Assembly: GCA_964016885.1 (NCBI GenBank)
Contig: OZ024741.1
Location: 283,898,001 to 283,962,000, forward strand
DNA length: 64,000 nt
Direction: 5' to 3'
DNA from: Eledone cirrhosa
Taxonomy: Eukaryota
Shown: positions 28,681-39,400 of the stretch, one piece after another
Position numbering within the stretch: position 1 is the stretch's first letter
Layout: every line of letters starts with the position of its first letter
The notes under the pieces: generated by a model
Told to the model about the DNA's origin: nothing
What the model saw: the letters and a program-made list of their open reading frames with translations, nothing else
The model's database searches: none
Position numbers and translations under genes: made by a program

Positions 28681-29429
28681 ATATATTATCATCATCATCA
28701 TTTCATTTTACGTCTGCTTTTTCCCTGCTTGCAAGGGTGGGACGGGAACTGATTCTGGCTTGATTTCTACAGCTGGATGCCCTTCCTAACACCAACCTCA
28801 TTTACAGTGAGCGCTAGGCGCTTTTTTTGCTGTGGCACCTCCATGACCACTTCGCAGTGGAATGATAGGGACCCCAGTCCCTATCATCTCATTTCTACAG
28901 CTGAGGAAACTGGAGCAATGTGAAATAGAGTGTCTTGCTCAAGGAAACAACACATCACCCGGTCTGAGAATTGAACTCACAACCTTTCGATTGCAAGGCC
29001 AATGCTCTAACCACTAAGCCATATATGGAGGCACATGGCTTAGTGGTTAGAGCATTGGCCTTGCAATCGAAAGGTTGTGAGTTAAATTTTCAGACCGGGT
29101 AATGTGTTTTTCCTTGAGCAAGACTCTTTATTTCATATTGCTCCAGTTTACTCAGCTGTAGAAATGAGATGATAGGGACTGGGGTCCCTATCATTCCACT
29201 GCAAAGTGGTCATGGAGGTGTCACGGCAAAAAAAAAGCACCCAGCCCACACTGTAAAGTGGACGTGTAGACGCCACAAAAAAAGCATCCAGCACTCACTG
29301 TAAATGAGGTTGGTGTTAGGAAAGGCATCCAGCTGTAGAAATCAAGCCAGAATCAGTTCCCGTCCCACCCTTGCAAGCAGGGAAAAGTGGACGTAAAATG
29401 ATGATGATGATGATATATATACATATATA

Positions 29430-29498
<69 letters not shown>

Positions 29499-32400
29499 CT
29501 TTGATAGGTTTAGGCCAGTATTGTCCCAGGCCATGTCTAACTTAATAACACCACCTGGCGAAGTCTTTCAAATCAGGGTTTGGGCACCATGGCCCACTCA
29601 AGCAGAGAGTTATTGTTTACGGAGGCATATCCAGGTGTAGGAGGCTTATCCGGGATTTCTTGAAGGAATTTGTCCAAAGACTTCTTGAACTTGATGAGGT
29701 CTGTTTCTGTTTTAATGTGTTTTGATATAATGTTAAAGAGAGTGGGGCCAATTGAGGTGAAATAATTGTGCCGTATTGTTATGAGATGCGAGTGAGATTT
29801 TTGTCATGGGCGGATAGCATGGGGCCCAAGCCTTGAGTGTACATTAAAGATTATGCCAACATCATTTGGGCAAAGCTGATGGAATATTTTTCACATCATG
29901 CAGATAATGTAGCGTTCACAGAGACATTGGAGAGAATAAAAGTTGAGCTTTTCTAATCGACTCCAATAGTCAAGGCCTGTCATGCCATCTATCTTTTTGT
30001 AATCGATCTTTGGGGTGCTTCAACTTTCATGATACTTTGTTTCGTGTGGGCAGACCGCAGTGGACAACTGTATTCAGGGTAGGGTCGGGCAAAAGTGGAG
30101 AAGAGAAGGATAACAGGTTGGATATCTCTCAACTGAAGGTTCTGAGAATCCAGGAACACATTCTGCGGGCCATGTCAACTTTGCTGTTTATATGAGTGGC
30201 CCAGTTTATGTTGTTGTCCACAATTACTCCCAGGTCTCTGATGTTGGATGCCATGAGAGTTTCACCCGAAGGAAAAAATTATGGTAGTTTCAGGGCATCC
30301 TTTTTTCCAAAGTGAATTAATTCAAACTTATCCTCGTTCAACAGCATATTGTTCTTTTCTGCCCATTGGATAACAGCCAGTAGGTCTGACTGAAGGCAAG
30401 TCTGGTCATCCACCTCATTGATGACCCTTTGGAGCTTGGAATCATCTGTGAAGATTCTTATGGTGCTGTGCTTGATAATGTCAGTAATGTCATTAATGTA
30501 GATTATGAAAAGAAGTGGGCCCAACATAGTGCCTTGTGGGACGCCACTGCTGACTTTGGCAGGGTTTGATTTTACTCCTTTGACTACAACATGTTGGGTT
30601 CTGTCTGTCAGGAAACATTTGATCCACTGTAGTAACTTTCCAGAGACACCAATATCGGATAGTTTTTTTCGGTAGAATCTTATGATCAACCCTGTCAAAG
30701 GCTTTGCTGAAATCAAGGTAGATGAAATCAGTGTTGGAGCCCTCTCCCTAGGCTCTCGAGACATCGTCAAAGTGATGCAGAGCTGTGTTAGGCAGTCCCT
30801 TCCATTACGGAACCCATGTTGGTTGGAGTTCAGCAGGCCGTTGCTTTCAAGAAAGTGGGTTATTCATGATCTCACCACCCTCAATACCTTGATAATATGA
30901 GAGGTGAGTGAGATCGGACGGTAGTTCACTGCAAGGGACTTATTTCCCTTTTTGAAGACTGGGACAATGGACTGGGACAGCAAGTTTTCAGGAATATAGC
31001 CAGTATCCAGTGAGTTCCTCCACAGATTAGCAAGAGGAGATGCAAGTTGGTGTCGACACACCTTCAGGACACAAGCAGAGAACCTGTCGGGGTCTACTGC
31101 TGAATTGTGTTTAATTTCGTTTATTGCCGCTAAGACATCAGGGGTGCCAAACGTGTTATCCGATATAGTGTGTTGGGGATTAACATCACTGATACAGCCC
31201 AGATCAGGTTTGCTGAAAACAGAGCAGTATTGTTTCTGCAGTATCTCACCCATGGTTTTGGCATTGTCTTGGAGTGTGCCATTTTCATCAACTAGAGGGC
31301 CAACAGTGGAGACAGTGACCTTGTGTTTTTTCACAAATGAAAAGAACACTTTGGGGTTGAGTTTGATTTTCTCAATGGCCCACTTCTCTTCAGCTGTTCT
31401 TTGGTTATTGATGATGGTCTTCATGCATTGTTGGAGGTTATATTTATTTGATTCAAGCAGAGCGATAGCCGTCGAATGTGTGTGTTGCTGTTGGCAGTAT
31501 TTTAGTGTGTTAATTTTTTTTTTTGTTCTTTTTATTTTTCTGATAATAGTTTTTCTGTTTTCGGGGATACTGCACTTAGTTTTGTTCACAGGTTTTGGTG
31601 GGGGAGTGTTTAGCACATATATTTGTGACAGTGTCTACAAAGATCTGCCAAGATGTTTTGATGTTGGTAGAAATGTGTGTGTGTGTAAAAGACTAGTCAA
31701 CATGTGATAGTTCGTTCATAATTGCATCCCAGTTGGCATTATAGATTATATGTTATCAAATGGGTGGGCTGGAAAGAGGTCCCTAGGATTAGCTTTTGGC
31801 TGGTGGAATCTCAGGTTACAAAGAACCATGTCATAGTCTGAGAGAAGGATTTTTTTCTACTGTGATATTATGTATAGTGCTAGTTTGTTTACTAAACACT
31901 AGATCCAGAATATTCTTCTGATGTCTTGTTGGTGCAAGGACAAGTTGGGACAAGAAAACTCATTCATAAAGTCGAGAAGTGACTCGACTGCTTATTTGTC
32001 AGTGGTTGAGGTTGGACTGCCTGTTTTCAAACTGTTTGTAGACCAATTGACACAGGGTAGATTAAAGTTTCCCATCATAAGTATGTTGCTAGAATAGCAC
32101 TGTTGAATAAAGCACTTAATGCTGTTGAGGCATTCTTTGAAGTGGATTATGGGTGTTTGGGGTGGCCTCTAGAGCCCAACTAATATCAGGTCATTGGCTT
32201 TGTTGTGCACAGTGACTGATTCACAGTAGCCATTGGAGAATGTTGTGTTATCATCTGCTGTAAAGGAATCATGCAGGAAAATGGCAGCTCCACCTTTCCT
32301 TCTGTCGACACAATCCACGCGGATGGTTGTGAAATTCCTCACTTTTACTTCGGCCTCCAAGTGGCAGTTGTCAAGGTGGGTCTCAGTAAGAAGGGAATGT

Positions 32401-32840
32401 GAAATGGATGGTTACCAACCCAATCCTCAATGAATTGGACCTTCCATTTCTGTGCATTGATGGATGGGCTGATACCTTGTGTATTGAGTAAAAATGTGGA
32501 GGCTAGTATGGTGGCTGGTTTTGACTGTTGCAGGGTGCTTGTTTTGTGATTGTGTGTTAGTGACAGCAAGGTTGGTGTTGGGTGATGGCTAAAATGTTTT
32601 CTCTATCTCTTTTGCCAGGTTCATGGCTAAAAAAGAAACATTTTCTTGTTCAGGGAGCAGTTTTTGATTGGATTTGTGGTTACACCATTGGATAGGGTTG
32701 CAGTTACCTCTTTTGCTGTTGTTGTTGTTGTAATCGTGTATTTGTGAAAAGACTGGAGCAGCATTACTTTTGTTGTTGTTGTTGTAATTGTGTCATTGTG
32801 AAAAGACTGGAGCAGCATTACATTTGTATCTATATATATT

Positions 32841-32872
<32 letters not shown>

Positions 32873-33410
32873 TAGATACATATATATATATATAGATGTA
32901 AATATATCTATATATATATATATATAAATGGAATAGAATGAAACGAAATTTCATTTCTCACTCTTAGTACGGCACTTACTTAAATGTAAGTATGTATACG
33001 TACATACATATATGTATACAGGCGTACAGTAGCATGTATATATATATATATATACAGGCACACATATATATATGCACGTATCAGTTTACCGAACATTTAT
33101 TATAATGTTCGCTTTGTTCGTTTGTAAACAAACGAACAGCCTGATTTACGCCGTACAGTGTTTAGGCAACCATGTCACCTTTTTGTTCAACACTGACACA
33201 GGAACGATGTACTAGTTTCAAGCTTGTTAGCTATCGTCAGCACCGTATACCTTTCTGCCAGATGGTTGAACGTTCGAAAGTATATACTTTCCTTATGAAA
33301 ATTAACGGCTGAGCAGCCTAATTTGCGGTAAACTGATACGTGCATATATATATGTGTGCCTGTATGTATATATATATATATACATACATGCTACTGTACG
33401 TCTGTATACA

Positions 33411-33449
<39 letters not shown>

Positions 33450-36400
33450 CTATGTGCCTCCATCCATGTATACGTACATACATATATGTATACAGGCGTA
33501 CAGTAGCATATATATATATATATATGCTACTGTACGCCTGTATACATATATGTATGTACGTATACATGAATGGAGGCACATGGCTTAGTGGTTAGAGCAT
33601 TGGCCTTGCAATCGAAAGGTTGTGAGTTCAATTCTCAGACCGGGTGATGTGTTGTTTCCTTGAGCAAGAGACTTTATTTCACATTGCTCCAGTTTACTCA
33701 GCTGTAGAAATGAGATGCAGTGGAATGATAGGGACTAGGGTCCCTATCATTCCACTGCAAAGTGGTCGTGTAGGTGCCACGGCAAAAAAGCACCCAGCAC
33801 TCACTGTAAATGAGGTTGGTGTTAGGAAGGGCATCCAGCTGTAGAAACCAAGCCAGAATCAGTTACTGTCCCACCCTTGCACGCAGGGAAAAAGCGGACG
33901 TAAAATGAAATGATGATGAAATGATGATATATAGATATATAGATATAGATATATAAATGTAATCTGAGATTTTCGAATATTAATAATAACATTCGATTTG
34001 TTTGCAATTATACAAACAAGCCTCATTTTTATAGCCATGTCAGTAGAATGAACCCATCATTCTTGCTCTTGTGTTGGCATGTAAACAGAACTGCAGACAC
34101 TAATGTTTCTGGGTATCACCCTTCATCAGTACAGCTCACTGTTCACCTGCCAACTGTCAGAGCTAGTGAAAATATATGCTATTTTCTAAAATATACAGTG
34201 GTTTGTTCACGAACTCCTTCTAAGGTTTTGAAGATAGACCCTCATCATCATCATCATTTTACGTCCGCTTTTCCCTGCTTGCAAGGGTGGGACAGGAATT
34301 GATTCTAGCACCAACCCTTCCTAACACCAACCTCATTTACAGTGAGTGCTGGGTGCTTTTTTCCGTGGTGCCTACACGTCCCCTTTAGAGTGGAATGATA
34401 GGGAACCCAGTCCTATCATCTCATTTCTAGAGCTGAGTAAACTGGAGCAATGTGAAATAAAGTGTCTTGCTCAAGGAAACAACACACCACCCGGTCTGAG
34501 AATTGAACTCATAACCTTTCGATTGCAAGGCCAATTCTCTAACCACTAAGCCATGTGCCTCCATAACCATATATATTCTGAAACTACTTTGCCCAGGGTA
34601 TTTGGATATTTCATTTTAACCAAAGAGTTCCCTGGGGGCACAACCCCCCCCCCCCCTCAAAATGTTTTCCCTTCGTTTTATATGAAATTTAAACCATATG
34701 TAAATGACAAGAAATTCACAAAATTTCAGCAAATTTCAATAATATTAAAACACACTAATGGAGTTTTTCTCCATAAATTATATCACTGATTTAAAATCAA
34801 TCATCAAAGCGTGGGTTCAGCTAGGATATATATATATAGAGAGAGAGAGGGGGGGGGGTGCCTTTGCCCATGTTTTTATTCTGTAACAAAGCAGTTAGAC
34901 AAAAAGAAATTGATAACTGGAAAAAAAAAAGTTCTAAATCAAGGTGACACCATTACATGGCTGTACTCTATCAAAAACAGTAAACATATCACAGCAATAA
35001 ATGATACTCACCCACAGAAAGATCTTCTCCAAACAGGCTTATTGTACATTGGCTGTCATTACTTAAGATTTTGGCCATGTTTCCCTTAATGGGTGAATGA
35101 CATTTGACATAATTATGTTTATTTGAGATAAATGAGGCACACTCCTGCAGTGATTCTTGATATCCTATTTGAACATCTGTTGAAAAAAGTATTGAATGAT
35201 ATTGATGAAAACAGTGGCTGTTATTGTTAGTGTTGTGGTAATAGAGAGACAAGAGGTGTTATTGTTAATGCTGTGGTAACAGATAGAGAGGATGTTATTG
35301 TGAGGTAGTGGAGGGGAAATGGTAATATAATTAATATTCTCTTTGTTAGCTGGTGTTTGGAACATAACTTAAAGGTTTATACATACAATCATAATGGAAG
35401 CTTTTAGATTAATTAAAACACTTTAAAGTAGAATTTGTATCATAAAACCAGAGGCAGTTTTAAGCAGTTTGGTTAAGTAAGGGTTAAGTAAATATACCAA
35501 AACAAACAAATATTTAATGAACAAGATAAAAACTTACCAATGAAGTTCCCAAAACAATCATCTGAAGGACGGATAAATTTCACACGAAAGAAGTCATGAA
35601 GTTCTATCACTTAAAGAAGGGAAGAGAAATTGGTGATTTATTTAATGCTAACATAATTAATATTGTGAATCAAGCAGTTTTAATTAATTAAGAATTAACC
35701 ACCTTGTAAATGAAACAATAATAATAGGCTTCACAATAAACTCTGGTCAAGACAGGCAAGGAAGACAACTCTGGTATTTCCATTATTTAAATTAAGGGAA
35801 AATAGAATGCATTAGGGAGTTGGTATTATCTAACCTTTGGTAATGTAGTAACAATTCAGGACATGTTTGTGTATTGTCAGACCACTTCAGCAAAACATGG
35901 TCTAACTGGGGTTGCAGGATATTAAGAAAAAGGAAAGAAACATATTTTTTTCATTCTCTAACACATTTTAGTCAATAAACTGCAACCATGTTGTATCACT
36001 TTTGACAACCTGCTAAGTCATGGAACATAAACAGAGACAGACACAAATGTAAACAGACAGACACACACACATATATATATATATACTTCTACTATTTGGA
36101 CCTGGGATTCAACCCAATCACCCATGAATTACTTTGAATTACTGGACTTTTTGTACTGCTCTTATATATATATATGAATATATATATATGTATATATAAG
36201 GATTAAAATACTGGAGCGTGTTGGAGTTAAACACCCTCTTCGTATTATAGAAATGACAGTAAAAGGTATAGCTCAATGCAGTTAAACAGAGCCGAAAAAT
36301 TAAGAGAGTAAATATGTATATATATATATATAAATATGTATATATATATATGTGTATGTATATATGGGTATGTATATATGTGTATGTATATATGTGTATA

Positions 36401-39400
36401 TATGTATGCATGTATGTATGTCAAATAAAAAAAAAAAAACGAGTTAAAACTTGCATTAATCCCCTGTGATTTAATGAGAAGAATAGAAACCGGGCTCTTT
36501 ACAAGACAGTATATATAGAAAAAAAACACAAAGAGCTTTTTGTTGAATTATAAGGGACAGAATACCACCAGAGTGAAAAACAAAGTCTACTAACTAATTC
36601 ATTTCTTTATGTAAGTAGAGCTTCTTGAATTGAATGGTTCTGGCGGTCTTTTGGTCCATTCACCCCACTATGGACTGTGTAGCACACGTGTTTTCTTCTC
36701 TTTACACTATGTGCGTTATTTTAGTTATCTGAAATAATTTTTGAAGTGAGGACCGTACTGTTATACACCTGTTGATAAGCCCTTAGTAGTATGGGATCTT
36801 CACTTTTTAAGGTGAAACATTCTCTTATTAGAGTTTGTCCAGGTGTTTATAGTTATAAAAGGTTGGTTTGTACATTTTAATTTATTCTTTTAATTGATAT
36901 GTATTTTCCATTCCTTTCGTAGACTTTATGTTTTTCACTCTGGTGGTATTCTATCCCCTATAATTCAACACATACCTCTTTGTGTTTTTTATATATATAC
37001 TGTCTTGTATATATATGTATCATAAAGAAACACTGAGTGTATTTTATTGTAACACCAACACTACCTCTTTACAGAGTGTCCTGGGTGTATATTATCATGG
37101 TACCAGTTATAGAGAGGTTGTCATATACTCAGGAGAAAAGGATAATTTATTCTCCTCCTAATATGAGAGTAACAAGAGGAAAAGAAAACTTCACAGAGAA
37201 ATTCTTTTTGTGCTGATTACCATCAAGGCTTCTGCTGCAATCGATCCCTGCTCTGCTATTTAACAGTAAGAAATTAAGAGGAGAATATCCCACCTAAGAA
37301 AGAAGCACCGTGACGTGAAGTGGATGATGCATTAGATGACACTGGTTCATCATCATCATCATCATCATCATTTCATTTTACGTCTGCTTTTCCCTGCTTG
37401 CCAGGGTGGGACGGGAACAGATTCTGGCTTGATTTTTACAGCTGGATGCCCTTCCTAACACCAACCTCATTTACAGTGAGTGCTGGGTGCTTTTTTGCCG
37501 TGGCACCTCCACGACCACTTTGCAGTGGAATGATATGGACCCCAGTCCCTATCATCTCATTTCTACAGCTGAGGAAACTGGAGCAATGTGAAATAAAGTG
37601 TCTTGCTCAAGGAAACAACACATCACCTGGTCTGAGAATTGAACTCACAACCTTTCGATTGCAAGGCCAATGCTCTAACCACTAAGCCATGTGCCTCCAT
37701 TGGCCTCCATGTGCCTCCACTGGTTGTTCTCTGTAAAAATACCTTTAGTGTTTTGATTACAGGGAGCCTTTAATGCCCCACACACATTGCTGTAGCCATC
37801 TAATAATACACCCTATTTTCTAATTAAAACATTTAAATTAAGTCACATGATTCATTCTGGACAAAACAATGCAACAAAACTATACAAAATACTACCCACA
37901 ATGCCCTGCAATTATACCAACACAGCAACTAACAAATAAAGGAAAATGATATGGCAATACTTACCTTGTACATGCATTTCTTTCATAGGTGTAATGGAGA
38001 ATAAATTAACTAAAAAAAATGATAATTTCTATATTAGGCACCAGAGCTGACATGTAGAGGGACAATAAAAAAGACAGGGACTGTGGGGGTTTTACAGAAA
38101 AATCGAATAAACAATTATAACAATACAAATTCCTCAATAGTGGGGGAGAACCACCCAGAGGCGACTAAGGAACCTCACCAATCCTGAATCACTTGACGCT
38201 CCAAGAGCACCCAAGGAGAGCGCCCCTTTCCTCTGCAAATCAGCCAGCCTAAAAAGGAAGGACTATACTGGAAAACTATTGAGGGATAGGAAATATACGA
38301 AGTGCAAATAGAACAAGAAAGGATCAATAAAATAGTAAAGTATTACATGGATAATTTGAATAGGAAATGAAAGCTATAAAAAATAATTGTTTCTACTTTA
38401 GGCACAAGGCCAGCAATTACCCAGTACATTACTGGTACTTTATTTTATCGACCCCGTAAGGATGAAAGGCAAAGTCAACCTCGGTGGGATTTGAACTCAA
38501 AGCTATAAAAAATAATGAGTCTCAGAACTGGTTGAGTAAGTGGAATCTAAAATGAGAGACAGAATTAGGGCTATTCAAAAACAAACCCTGAGCAAAAGAA
38601 ATATTTATAGAATGGAAGTGTTTAACAGGTGTAGATTGTGTGGAAAGCACATTGAGAATGTTTTGCATATAGTTGGAGGATGAAGTATGTTGGCCCAGAA
38701 AGAATATAAAAGAAGGCAAGACAAAATCTGACTTAACCTCCATTGGTTACCCTGCAGGAAGTATGGCATGGAAACTACTGACGAATGATGTAACATACAC
38801 CAGTAGCAGTTATTGAAAATATTGTGGGATGTATGTATATAAGTAGACAGAGAACTCACACATCGAAGGCATAGTTGTGGTTGAGAAAATAACAAGTAAC
38901 TGCTAAGTTATTGATGTGGCATGCTCAGTTGATAACAATTCAAAATTAAAGCAAGTTCAACAGACAATTATGCAAGTTGAATGTGGAGAAAGATTAAAGG
39001 AACACTTGGATCAATACCAAAAGAAATTCACAGCTATTTGAAAATGCTTGGTTTTGTGTATGAAATAAATACATTCCAGCACTCAGTGCTTATAAGTACT
39101 GTTGAAATCCCCTGATAAGTACTATCAATTAAGTAATGAACAAAGATCAGAAGTTCTCCTTATTGTAAAATTTCAATAGCCTGAAAAGGTTTAATAAAAT
39201 CTTAATGCCAGGAAATTCAATTTACAAAAAATGATAATAATAATTTCTTTTATTGACCACATGGGCCTGAGACATTGGGGACAATCCAAGGACAGGGGCA
39301 ACACAACAAAACACAAAGTGTGGTTTAATATCAAGTAAAGGAAAAAGGACATCACTGAATTGAAAGCAATAGGAATAACAATAATAAAAATTGTAATAAA

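Noticed and set aside
33581-33655. tRNA-like cloverleaf heads
   Set aside because: They continue into SINE bodies in multiple copies, so they are not tRNA genes.
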